This document shows, one piece after another, positions 43,563-56,795 of a stretch of 64,000 bases of DNA. The notes below the pieces were generated by a model, which had not been told where the DNA came from, searched no databases, and saw nothing but the letters and a program-made list of their open reading frames with translations. The stretch lies in assembly GCF_009914755.1 (NCBI RefSeq), contig NC_060927.1; one strand, given 5' to 3'. Position numbers and translations under genes: made by a program. Numbering within the stretch: position 1 is the stretch's first letter; every line of letters begins with the position of its first letter. The DNA is from the human T2T-CHM13v2.0 reference genome, Homo sapiens.

Positions 43563-45720
43563 GCAATGCTTGAGTAAATTACTTGAATCTGTGGGCTTCA
43601 GATTCTTTCAAACAAACTACAGGATGAGATTATGAGATCTGGACTATTCTTAAAGATGTGATTTATTTTAATGGGGTTGCACTAAAGAGAACACTAGCAC
43701 ACATAACCGAAAGTATAGAGAAAGGACAGACTTCAGGGTTGATTCTGTGGATTAATCTTTCAAAGGCCCGGGTGTTTGTTTGTTTGTTTGTTTGCCTCTT
43801 TGCTCTGCACACCACAGTGTGGACTTTTTCCTAAGTCTAGGTATCTTTACGACGTGGAGATAGATGACTGCCAGCAGCAATAAGGGCAAAATCCTTTCTT
43901 ATTTACATCTAAAAGAGGCCAGCACACTTCTACTCATATTTCATGAGTCTGAATGGCTTAAACATGTCCATTTCCAACTCACTCACTCATTTAGAATTAA
44001 AGGTACTGTGAAAGGCTTGGAGCAATAATCTGGCTGGAAAGGACATAGAGAGGCAATAGTCACGTCCACTAACGCTAGGAACAAATCATTTAATTTCTGG
44101 TTAGCTGTGATTTCTATGTAATCATCATGCATACTCATGAAAGTGAGATCATAATCTACAAATATATTTCAAATATAACATTTTAAGAATACGAACCTTA
44201 ACAGTTAATATATTGAGTATATTTTGTAGAGATATTTAACTAAATATTTAATGATTTTTGATATCATTGTTTCCTTTGTGCAGTTAGAAACCAATATATT
44301 ATTTTCAGGTCTTAAGTATTCAGGCCCTGAAAAGCTCTTAGACTTTAGGCATTGTGTGCAATGAATGAAAAAGCCCTAGAGGCAAGACTGAAATGTGATG
44401 GTAATTAAGAAAATCCAAAATGTGATAAACTATTTTGTTCTTTGCTAGAAGAAAAACTATGTTAATGGGAGAAACAAAGTCCCTCTGGAAGCTGAGAAAG
44501 GGGAAACAAAACTTGTAACAATTTTCAATGTGTATCCAGCACCATCCACTGAAATAAATTTTGACTAAAAAAATCCAAGAAGTTGTGGGCAGGCACTACT
44601 AGAAACCCCTTTTCCGTACTGATATATCCTTGCAGCTATGTGTCCAGCAAAACAAAAACAAAAGCCAACAAAAAAGCAACAAATAACAATAGCAACAATA
44701 CAACAGGAAAAACAGAAAGAACTGTATTTTTCACTTTTGCAAACCCGGGTATCATTTGACATAATACTAGCCAATGAAATACAAGTGAAAGTCTGCTGAA
44801 GATTTCTGGAAATCTTTGCTTTACTATAGATGTCTCCTTTCCTCCTTTTTACTTTCTTTTTCTTCCTCTACCTAAAATGCAGACATATGGCTGGATGTGG
44901 AGTAGCCATTCTTTGACTAGAAAGTGACCAGGAAGAGAAAAGCCCCACCCCAAGGATGGTGAAACAGGAAAGGCAGAAAGAGTCTGGAGGTTGATGATGT
45001 CGGGAAACTGCCACTCCAGTCCAGGAGTGCCCACCTCTAGAAACATGAGAAAGAGAAATACCTATTTGGTTGAGGTACCTAATGTGGTTTCTGTTGCATG
45101 CTGATCTGATTAACGTAACCACATGGAAAAAGTTAAAAAAAAAAGGTAAAATTAATTTAAATAATACATTTTATTTATCCTATATATACATGTCATTTTT
45201 ACATGTAGTCAATATAAAAATTATTAAGAATGTATTTTACAATTTTTCACTGGAAGTTTTCAAAATATGGTATGTCTTATAGCACCTCTCAATTAGGACC
45301 AGCCACATTTCAAGTGTTCAATAGCCCATGAATTTGTCTAGTGAGTACCATATTAGACAGTGCAATTTTATAGCCTTAAGTATCATATTTAAAAGTTTTG
45401 AAATTTAACTACAGAATATAAACAGAATCATAATTTAACTTCTAAGAAAAATGAATATATTCAAAACATTAATGGCATTGTGTTTATTTCAAATTGTTAT
45501 GGCTTATAGTTTTTGAAGATGAAAACCAAAAATGTAGTTAATTTTCAAGATGTTAACCCAAAGTCAGGGATATCTGCTGAGTCCTCTTAACCTTAGGTTG
45601 CTTCTTTCATAATAACATTTTGGGGTTATTGTAAAGAAGAAATAGAAGCCAACAAGAAATAAAACTAAATCAGTTACCACAAATAACTATAATCAGCATG
45701 TTAAGAAACTGTCTTCTTGA

Positions 45721-46408
<688 letters not shown>

Positions 46409-46779
46409 TAAGCATTTTTTATATTAAAATTTTTTCAAAAACATTCTCAATGATTACCTTATACTATGTCTTCATATGAATAAACTATAATTTGTCTATT
46501 ACTTTAATGCAGATACTTAGGTTGTTCCAAACTTTGTATTACTGTAAATAATTTGTTCCACTATCTTCATACATAAAACTATTCTCACAACTTGCTTTAT
46601 CTTCTTAGGATAGATTCCCAGAGGTGAAATTACTGAGACAAAATGCGTGAACACTTCTTAATCTTCTGATATAGACTTGCCAGACTGCTTCCCAGGAAGA
46701 TTTGAACCAATTTACCCTCACAACAAAATTGTGTGAGCCTTTATATCCTTACATACTGTTACAAGCATTCTGTATTAAT

Positions 46780-47156
46780 CCTTCCTTCCTTCCTTCCTTC
46801 CTTCCTTCCTTCCTTCCTTCCTTCCTTCCTTCCTTCCTTCTTTCCTGCCTCTCTCTCTCTTTCTTTCTTTCTTTTTTTTGAGACAGGATCTTGCTTTGTC
46901 ACCCAGGCCGGAGTACAGTGGCATGGATCAAAGCTCATTGCAAACTCCACCTCCCTGGGCTCAAGTGATCCTCTCACCTCAGCCTCTTAAGTATCTGGGA
47001 CTACAGGTGCTGTGCCACTATGACCAGAAAATGTTTTTATTTTTTGTAGGGCAGTGGTCTCACTGTGTTGCCCAGGTTGGTCTGAAACTCCTGGGCTCAA
47101 GCAATCCTCTTGCCTTCCAAATGCTGGGATTACAGGTGTGAGCCACTGTGCCTGGC
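46780..47156 (-). mobile_element. AluJ whose tail has become a (CCTT)n microsatellite (about 46779-46840)
   Basis: gggctcaagtgatcctc, ctcctgggctcaagcaatcc; flanking ctgtattaa(t)cctt TSD. Confidence 0.9.
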
Positions 47157-47404
47157 CCTGTATTAACCTTTTAGAAAAGGTAATGGGGGAAGAGAAGAGA
47201 AGGGCTAATTTATGAGGAAACTATGTCTCAGTGTGCTTTAATTTTGATTAGTTGATTACTAGTTAGAATAAACATTGTTTGCTTTTGTTACGTAACAACT
47301 GCTGTTTGTCTTATAATTTTTTATGCAGTTTATGTATTAACAATATGAATACTTCATCATGCTTGTTTTAAACACTTTTCCAGTTTGCTTACCTTTACAT
47401 TTTA

Positions 47405-48230
47405 TTTTTTAAAGTCAAGTTTATTGTGGTATACTTTACACACAGGGAAATTCATCCTTTTTAGTATAAAGTTCTACGCATTTTCAAAAAATGTATAAAG
47501 TTTGGCAATTAGCATCACAATCAAAATATCGAATACTCCATTACTTCCAAAAATTTTCCCCATGACCTTTTATAGTCAACCCTCCTCCCACCTCCAGCCC
47601 CTGGCAACAACCCATCTCTTTTCTGTCCCTATAGTTTTGCCTTTTCCAGGATGTCATATAAATTGAATCATATATAGAATATAGCTTTTTGAGTCTGGCT
47701 TCTTTCAATTAGCATAAAGCATTTGAAAAAAATCCATGTTATTTGTATATGTCAGCACTTTGTTCTTTTTTATTGCTGAGTAATATTCTATTGTATGGAA
47801 TCCCACATTTTGTTTATGCATATACCAATTGAAGGACATTTGGGTTATTTCTAGTTTTTGTCAATAATGAATAAAGCCACTATAAACATTCACATACAAG
47901 TACTGGAACACAAACTTATTTCTCTTGGTAAAAATCTAGTGGGATTACTAGATTGCATGGCAAGTGTATATTTAACTTCACATAAAACTGTCAAACTATT
48001 AAAAAAAAAAAAGAAACTGGTCAAACTATTTTCCAAAATGGCGCTACCATTTTGTATTCCCACCGGGATTGTATGAAAGGTTCAGTTGTTCTATGTCTTT
48101 GCTGTCTCTTGGTATTGCTGGTGTCATTTTTCATTTTGGGTTTTTTAATTGTCATTTATTTGGATTTTTTAGCTATTCTAATAGATATATGGTGGTATTT
48201 CATTATAACTTTAATTTGCATTTCCCTGAG
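47405..48230 (-). mobile_element. L1MB/MC 3' fragment
   Basis: cccacctccagcccctggcaac, gttttgccttttccaggatgtcatataaat, ttgaaggacatttgggttatttc. Confidence 0.8.
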
Positions 48231-48644
48231 AATGCAAAAACAAGCAAATAATATCTAATGAAATAAATATCCTAGAGAAATTAACAGTGTTTGTGAATTT
48301 AAATTTGTTGATCTTTTAATATATTTTTCCACTTGTTTTAGATTAGAAAGTTCTTTCTCAATGAGAAAGCAGGAGAAAATTTGGCTATAATTTTAGGGTT
48401 TTCAAAAATTATTTGCTCTGAATTATCCACATTTTAATCTATCTGGGTACACATTTATTTAATTAGCTACTTGTATGATGATGGTATCTATATTCATGTT
48501 TTTCCCAAAAAAAGGCTGATCAGGTTTTTCTATAACTTTTATTGACCAATCTATTCATCTAATTTACTTGTGAAGTCTCACTTATTAAAAAATAGGAGCT
48601 GTTTCTAGGCAATCAAGTCAGTTACAGGTATCTATCTGTCCCTG

Positions 48645-49250
48645 CATTCAACAATTACGTATTAAGCACTTACTATGTGCCAGGCACAATTCCAGTTTCT
48701 GGGACTATAACAGCTAAAGAAGTAAAGCCCCTGATTACCTGGAGCTTATATTCTAGTCAGGACAGACAGATAATAATTAAAGAAATTAGTAATTGTGTAA
48801 TAGTTTGTGTGGTGATAAATGCTAAGAAGGAAAGTAAAGAAACTAAGAAGGTAAGAGGCACTGACAAGCAAGCACCCTTTTGGGCAGGTTGGTCAGACTG
48901 ACCTCTCTGAGAGAGATTTGAGTAGAAACCTGAATGTATTAAAGTAGTAAGACATGGAGCTATCTGGAGAAGAAGCATTCTGAGCAAAGCCACCCCAAAA
49001 TGTAAAGACTTCATAATAGGAAGGAGGCTGGCATGCAGGGGAAACAGCAAGGAGGCCATTGTGCATGAAGCTAAGCCATGGAGGTGGTGAATAGAGATGA
49101 GGTGAGAAGTGAACTCTGAGGGCTCAGATCACATACAGCTTTGCAGACAATGTTTATACTAAATCAGACATAAAACTACTAGAGTACTGAGCATAAGGTG
49201 ATGTGATCTGACTTACATTTTTAGATCACCCTGGCTACTGTGTGGATAAT
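48645..49250 (-). mobile_element. L2 3' fragment
   Basis: cattcaacaattacgtattaagcacttactatgtgccaggcac, gtgatctgacttacattttt. Confidence 0.8.
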
Positions 49251-51401
49251 TGTTTAATACATTTAATTTAAATAAGAATGAGTCTATTGAAAGAAAAATA
49301 ATAAGTCAATGATAGTGCAAACAGTACTTGGATACAGTAAAGCTGATGAAGGTAGTATGTTAATGCCCAAAGTGTGGGAAACAGTGGTTTAACTGGTTAC
49401 TGCTACTATCCAGGCAACTGCAAATTCCTGCCAGATTCTCTTATGACCAGTCATTTTCCTTAACCTTCTTGAAAATTCTAAGAGTTCTCCTACTGATTCC
49501 TCAATAGGGATTTCTCACCTTTCTGGTATTCAAGTCTGGTTCCAGGGCTTCACACTTTACAAAGTTATTGCACATTTATTATTTCAGCAGAGCTTAAGGG
49601 AACTCACCTCAGAAAGGTCTGAAATCTTGAAGTGAATCAAAGCTCTCCCAGCCTCCATCAGTGATCCAGCTGTGTGCTCTCAGGGCACCAGAGAGAGAAG
49701 GCTGCATAATCACAGATAAACTGCCTTGAAGGCACATTCAGGCACAACTTCCTCAATTAACAGCACCTGTAGTTTGGGACTGGCATTATCAACAAGCAGT
49801 TCAGAGAGTTGTGGTGTGATTCCACATGTGCCGAGGAGTACCATGCTTGGACTGACTACATAAAGATTTAAGTGAAAGAAAATATAAAGTGAAAGAAAAA
49901 TAAAGTTCCATCTTGTTGAAGTTACAGTTTTTCAGGTCTCTATTACTCACATCTAGACTTAATCCTGACACATATCTTATTTGTTTCACCCTCCTCAATA
50001 TCAGAACCCTTTATTATGAGCTAGAAGATCTAGCATGCCACATATAATTAGGTACATAGACAGAGTCCTTATAAAATCCATAGTTTTCATTGTTGCCACA
50101 TTAGGGTAATAGGTCCATGGGCATTTAAATTTTTCTTTTATGACATGTGTCAGATAAATTAGGACTAAATAATAAGGTCAAATTGATTATTTAAAGAATA
50201 TCCAAAATGTCTCCTTTTAAAATGAAAATAAAATAACATGAATAAGTGATGCCTGCCCCATGCCAGGATCTGTGTGAGATGTGGGCCCCTCTGTGGTGCA
50301 TGAAGCAAGCCCTGGGCCCTCAGCCAAGGTAACTGGAGTCTTGGGACTAGCTGATTGTACCTCACCTATGAGCCCTTCTAGCCTCAGCCTCCTCCCCATC
50401 ACATCACACTGTCAGGCTGTCTTTCCTCATCTATTGTTCCTAAAGAACCATGGCAGAACTACAACAAGAGGTTGGAGATTTTTCTTTCATTTAGCACTTA
50501 AAATATTTGAAATTGTATGGGATGACTCAGTTCCAGGAAACTTCAAGTATCCTGTGACACTTGTTCAGTGAAGTGTTGAAAAAAGGCCTGCTCTAGGGTC
50601 TTATGGAAAGATGTGAGTAAGCCAACTTGTAGGAGGTAAGAACAAAATGTAACTTCAAGAGTGTCTCTTTCATTCCCTTGTGGTTTGCAACATCGTCTTC
50701 TCTGCCCTACTCCTACAATGTTCTCTTGAGCCAAGCCTCTGTGTGTTGGCATCAGAAAAGCTCTGCATCCCTGCCACTGGCTTCCCCATAGCAACTGGCT
50801 AGCACCCTCCTCCAAATTCTATTTATGAAAGTGTGTGTGTCTGTGTGTACTTTAATTATAAACTCCTTTGAAGGGAATACTTATCAAATAATTTTAAAAG
50901 CCTTGATATTAAACACTATTTTCTTTAGTTCTTTTATCTATTCTTTAAGGTTGGCACTGCGAGGCCCATTTTATATATGGGAAAACTAAAACTCAGTGGT
51001 TAAGAAACTTTCCCAGGGTCCCAAAGCAAGGATGTATTGAAGCTAGGCATTAATCCCAAATTCATATGATTTTCTCTATTACCTCCCTCAGCCATGCCAG
51101 AAAGAAACTGGGGTATAAATGTCACTTGCTGCCAGCAAAATGGAAAGATCACAGGCTTTGGAATCCAACATACCTGGGTTATTTCCTAGCTACGTGACCT
51201 TGGATAATAGACTTAAACTCAGTTATCTCATCTATAAAATGGGAATAGTGCCTACTTGATTCGATTGTCAAGAGAACGTAAAAAAGAATTTGACACAGGC
51301 TAGATGCTGCAGTAGCAATGACGGCTGTTTAAAATTAAATTTTAATCTTCAAGATAATGGCTGAGAATCTAGCACATGCCAGGCCTAGGCGTTCCACTTG
51401 A

Positions 51402-51711
<310 letters not shown>

Positions 51712-51749
51712 TGATTATTATACTTTTAAAATACCATTAAGGAAATATA

Positions 51750-52730
51750 AATTCATTCCTTCTACAAATATTTATTGAACACCTACTCTAGCCCAGGACT
51801 ATTTGAGGGACTAGGAATCCTGGAACTTATATTCTAGCAAGGTACTGGTAGGGGAAACAGTAAAGATAACAAATAAGTTAATTATATAGTATGATCAAAG
51901 ATGCTAAGTGCCATGGGGGGAAAAGAAAGAAAAGGCATGAAGGAACAAGTTGCAGAATTATACAGAGAGGTCATAGCAGACCTCACTGACAAGGAAACAT
52001 TAGAACAAAGCTTTGAAGGAGGGAATGAGTCAGCCAAGCAGACATTTGAAAGAAGAAAGTAGGTACATTTACTATGGAAGCTAGTGAAATTTTACATTTC
52101 AAGGTCTCTAACTTGCAGGGGCCCCTTCAAGTCCTGGAATCTAATTTTGTATTTGTGGTTCCTTAATGAGGATCCACAAAATTGCATATGTTTCAAGATT
52201 TTTCCCCACAGGAACATATTTTTTGGCAGAAGAACCAGTTAGAGCAAAGGCTCTGTGGTAAATGTGCCTGATCTGCTCAAGAAATAGCAAGGAAACCCCA
52301 TGGCAGGAACAGAATGAACAAGAGAGATGAGAGGATCATGGAAGGGCTTGGAGGCCACTTTACGAATTTTGATTTTTATGAGGGGTCATAAGAGCTTGAG
52401 GCAGAGTTGCGATATGATCTGACTTACATTTCAAAACATTGCATATTGGGATCAGACTTAAGAGAAGCCAGGGCAGAGCACAGGAATTGTTGGGGGCCAT
52501 GGCAGTAATCCAGGAGGGAGAGATGATGGTGGCTTGGACCAGTATGGAGGCAATGACAGTGGTGAGAAGTAGCTGGACTCTGGATATTTTGAAGGTCAAG
52601 TCAACAGGACTTGACTGATGGATCAGATGTGGGTTGTGAAGACAGATGAGTATTAAAAGTGATGAGACAGCATGAGGTCACCAACAAAGTGAGCCTAAAG
52701 GAGAAAAGAGGACCAAGTTCTAAGGCAGGA
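51750..52730 (-). mobile_element. L2 fragments
   Basis: caaatatttattgaacacctac, gatgatggtggcttggaccag, ctggatattttgaaggt. Confidence 0.75.
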
Positions 52731-53580
52731 GGCATGCAAACCTTTCAAGAAAAGAGTTTGGAGACATTATCCTTATATGTGATTGAAGTCACTATTTCAG
52801 GTAAAGGTATATTGAGATTTAATTCATTCAGTATTATAACTTTACTATACAGATTGTTTAATTAAATTAAGCTAAACTGTAGTGTGTATGAGGCTCAATA
52901 TTCCCTCTCCCACTCTGTGAAATTTAACTGAGAAAATGTATTACATTAGGTCAAGGAATTCGAGTCTACAGACAAGGGTTCTAGTACCAGTTATACTGAT
53001 GATAGGACTGCACGCCAGTCATTCAAACCGTCTGTTCTCAATTGCCTCATCAGTGAGATGTGAATTGGAACAAATGTTCCTTCTTTTACTGCATTGATGT
53101 TCTTCATCTTGAGATGAGTCTGTACCCGATCATTTTGTTTTGTTTTGTTTTGTTCTTGCTATGGTGTAAGGAAGATAATTTTGAGCAAAGGCAACTTGAG
53201 TGCTTTATTTCTCTCCTTCACACCCATGTTGGTCTGTAAGGGAAGGTCACACACTGAACCGAATGCTTCAAGCAAAACTGAGTCAAAATATAATCCCCTG
53301 TCTCTTTGCAGGATTCCTCCGACAATATACAGTGAAGCTCCTGAAGTTCAATGCAATAAGAAGTGCTTCATTGGCGTGGCAAAGTGGGAACCTCCTGCAG
53401 GTATTTCATCAGATTTTTGTCATTAAAGAGAGTACAAGGCTGAAACCAGAGGCAGCAGCTCTTAACTGTGTTGGATCATGAACCCCCTTGAGAGTCTGAT
53501 GCAACTACTCCTCTATCAGGTCAACAGGGAAAATCATCATGACCACCAAATCTTAGAAATGGAACGAACCCTCATTCTTT

Positions 53581-53864
53581 TTTTTCTTTTTTTTTTGAAA
53601 CAGAGTCTCGCTCTGTAGCCCAGGCTGGAGTGCAGTGGCTCAATCTTGGCTCACTGCAAGCTCCGCCTCATTCTCTTGCCTCAGCCTCCCGAGTAGCTGG
53701 GACTACAGGCGCCTGTCACCAAGCCTGGCTAATTTTTTGTATTTTTAGTAGAGACGAGGTTTCATCGTGTTAGCCAGGATGGTCTTGATCTCCTGACCTC
53801 GTGATCCGCCCACCTCGGCCTCCCAAAGTTCTGGGATTACAGGCGTGAGCCACCGTGCCTGGCC
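53581..53864 (-). mobile_element. AluY-like with a small internal deletion
   Basis: Y diagnostics gcaagctccgcc and ttagccaggatggtc; ccgggttcacgc segment missing near 53668; 15-bp TSD gaaccctcattcttt (53566 / 53866). Confidence 0.92.
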
Positions 53865-54087
53865 AGAACCCTCATTCTTTAATAAATAAGGAGGCTGAAA
53901 ATAGAGGTTAAGAGACTTGCCCTAGCGCTTGCTGTTAGTAAGTAATGACTGCAAGCCTAAAATCTAGGTCTTGACTCTCAATGTTCTTTCTTTTATATGA
54001 CATTGCTTGGTAAATTTCATATTTCCCGTATTTTTGCTACAAAACTAGTTTCCTTTTTTGGTCAGTGGGTGAGGGGCTATGTTTTGT

Positions 54088-54808
54088 TCTTAACAGCATT
54101 ATTGAGATGTAACTCACATACCATAAAATTAGACCATTTAAAATGTAGCATTCAATGGTTTTTAGTGTTTTCAAGTTGTGCAAACATTGCCACTATCTAA
54201 TTTTAGAAACTTTTTTCTCCTACACAAGGAAATGCCATACGTATTAGCAGTCATTTCCATTCTTTCTACCCGCCGGCCCTAATCTACTTTCTGTCTCTGT
54301 GGCATTTTTTATTCTGGGGATTTCATATAAATTGAATCATATAATATGTGGTCTTTTGTGATTGGCTTATTTCACTTAGCATAATGTTTTCAAGGTTCAT
54401 CCACATTGTAGCATGCATCAAACCTCCTTTTCATTGCCAAATAATATTCCATTACATAGAGTGTTTTGATAACCTTTTGGTAAACAAATGACAGACCTTT
54501 GGGTTTTGTCCACTTTTTGACTATTATGAATAATGAAGCTATAAACACTTGTATACAAGTTCTTGTGTGAACATGTTTTCATTTCTTTTTGTATATGTCT
54601 AGGAGAATTGTTGGGTCATGTAATAACTTATGTTTAACATTTTGAGGAATTGGCAAACTGTTTTCCGAAGGGGCCACATCATTTTACATTCCTACCAGCA
54701 ATGTATACAGGTTCCAATTTCTCCCCATCCTTGCCAACAGCTGTTATTTTTAAATTATTTATCATCATCATTATTTTTATTATTATAGCTGTCCTAGTAA
54801 GTGTGAAG
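54088..54808 (-). mobile_element. L1MB 3' fragment
   Basis: acagcattattgagatgtaactcacatacc...tttcacttagcataatgttttcaaggttcatcc. Confidence 0.85.
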
Positions 54809-55020
54809 GGGTGATACATGTGGTTAGTGGCTACCATATTAGACAAAGCAGAGTCGGGGCTAAAATGAAATTAAAAATCCACATCATACATTCTACACTA
54901 ATTTTTTTCAAGCCAACACTTACTGAACTTTTACTATGTGGCAGTTACTATACTAAGCATTATCTTGGATTATCTCATTTCATTCTCACAATATATGATG
55001 GAATAAGTACTGTTACTGGC

Positions 55021-55350
55021 TATAAGGGAAATGGCTGCACTTTAGTCAGGAGTAGGCTGAGGTGGCCTTCAGTCGCACCATGACTCAGCAGGTTTGGAGC
55101 ACCAGCACACAACCCTGCAAGTTATGTCATGTGAGGCACATTAGGTGATCACCCATGTGAGCTTGTGCTTGGCTCAGAGCCATATTGTCTGTAAAAGGTA
55201 TAATTACTCTGCTGATGCTGTACCTATGGCTTGCTTGTGCCCAGAGAGAGAGTAAAGCCACGTCAAAACTATCTATGATTCCTTGAGTGTTTTTCCAGCT
55301 ACCCACCACTCACCCACTGACTCCCCTCAGACATCAGTTAGAACCTAACA
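55021..55350 (+). mobile_element. 5' LTR (LTR18-like)
   Basis: tataagggaaatggct...agtaaa (poly-A signal variant)...gaacctaaca; colinear with 60893-61232. Confidence 0.92.
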
Positions 55351-55352
55351 AT

Positions 55353-55370
55353 TGGCATCATGAACAGGAT
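55353..55370 (+). promoter_or_regulatory. Primer binding site, tRNA-Ser(CGA) type
   Basis: tggcatcatgaacaggat equals TGGCGTCACGAACAGGAT (complement of the tRNA-Ser(CGA) 3' end, from recall) with two CpG transitions; lies 2 nt after the LTR. Confidence 0.85.
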
Positions 55371-55415
55371 CCTGAGGTGAGTGAGCCTTCGGTCCCCACC
55401 GATTCTGGGTCAGCC

Positions 55416-56342
55416 ATCTGGCCACAACATGGGTTATGGTACCCGGTGGCAGCTGTGCTGCTCAGATAGGCTCTGGTGGAAACCTGAATGGTAGTAGATG
55501 GGTCCTCTGTGAGCATGAAAAAAGCACTGAAGTAGCTGGAAGTGCAGAGCACCGAGAAGGAGCGAGCTTTTGCCGGCAGAGTTGGATGGGCATTTTTGAC
55601 TGTGCTATGAGAAGTACACACACAGTTCCTAAGTGATGCAGCACAGCATTTGCAAGTGAGCAGGTGTCTGGCACAGGGCAAGGTGATCACACCCTGATTG
55701 AGTGGCTATGGGCAGCCATACAGACTGTGTGGAACAACACCAGTGAAATACCGAAAACAGTGAGTAATGGGAGTTGTATGCTGAGTTGGTGCAAGTCATC
55801 TGGGAGATGGGTATGTGGCAGGCTATGTTTGACCTGAATACCCAGAGGCCAGATGATGAACGTTTCACCTCCCACATGAGGGATCTTGTGTTGGGTTCTG
55901 TGCTCCGGAGTGCCTCTGCCTCCCTAGCTGCTGTCCTCACCCTGTACATAGGGCACCACATACATGAAGTGACCATTGCTGTGACAGCTCTTGGGGAAGC
56001 AGAAGGCTGTCAGCAGGACTGAGGGGTCTATGCCATAAAGAAGGGGAAGATGCTCTGCCCACAGGGGCCCCCCCATGGGAGAAAAGAGGGCCCCAACAAG
56101 TAACATGCTCACGGATGTGGATAGATTTGATTTTGACCGGGGTTGACCGAGAGAAAATCAATAAGCAGCCCAATGAAGTACTCTTAACTTTGTGGAGATA
56201 ATTGTCTCTGGAGCAGCAATTCCAGAAAATGCCCAACGGGGAGAAGGACATTGCTGCGTGACCCAGTCCCACCCGGGCACTTCAGCTCAAAGACTACTTG
56301 CTGCAGCCAGGTGGAAATGTAGAGCCTTTTCTGTTTGATTAG
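55416..56342 (+). pseudogene. gag: gag remnant with multiple stops and frameshifts
   Basis: Located between PBS and protease; fragments WPQHGLWYPVAAVLL and YAELVQVIWEMGMWQAMFD; ends at gattag. Confidence 0.7.
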
Positions 56343-56700
56343 GAAACTGGCTGAGGTGCCCATCTTGGGGGGACACCAGACAACCAGCGACCACGTGTGG
56401 AATTAGTGATCCACTGGTCTTCCACTAGTGTACAATGGGTGCTGGTGCTGGTGGATACTGGCACAGATTGTGTCCTTGCTTATGGGAACCCAAATAAGTT
56501 TCAGGGCTAACCTGCTTACATTGATGGATATGGAGGCTGGTCAGTGGAAGTGAAACCTGTATCTCTGCACCTTGGCATCTGCTGTTTGGCTCCCCATTTA
56601 TATTCTGTGTATTTCTCTCCCATACCAGAATACATTCTGGGGATGGACATTTTACATGGCCTGGCATTACAAACCACACCCAGGGAATTCAGACTCTGAG
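56343..56700 (+). pseudogene. pro: Retroviral aspartic protease remnant
   Basis: VLVDTGTDC (Asp codon 56454-56456); later EYILGMDIL motif. Confidence 0.85.
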
Positions 56701-56795
56701 TGTGTGTGGTGAAGCCGATGCTGCGTGGACATACATGTCACCAGCCTCAGGTCCTGCCACAACCCTGACAGGTTACTTCCACCCATCAATACTGT

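Noticed and set aside
55353-55370. tRNA gene
   Set aside because: Only an 18-nt complement of a tRNA 3' end (the PBS); no cloverleaf.
56335-56350. gag-pro readthrough or frameshift signal (gattaggaaac)
   Set aside because: The copy is too mutated to distinguish the mechanisms without a family consensus.
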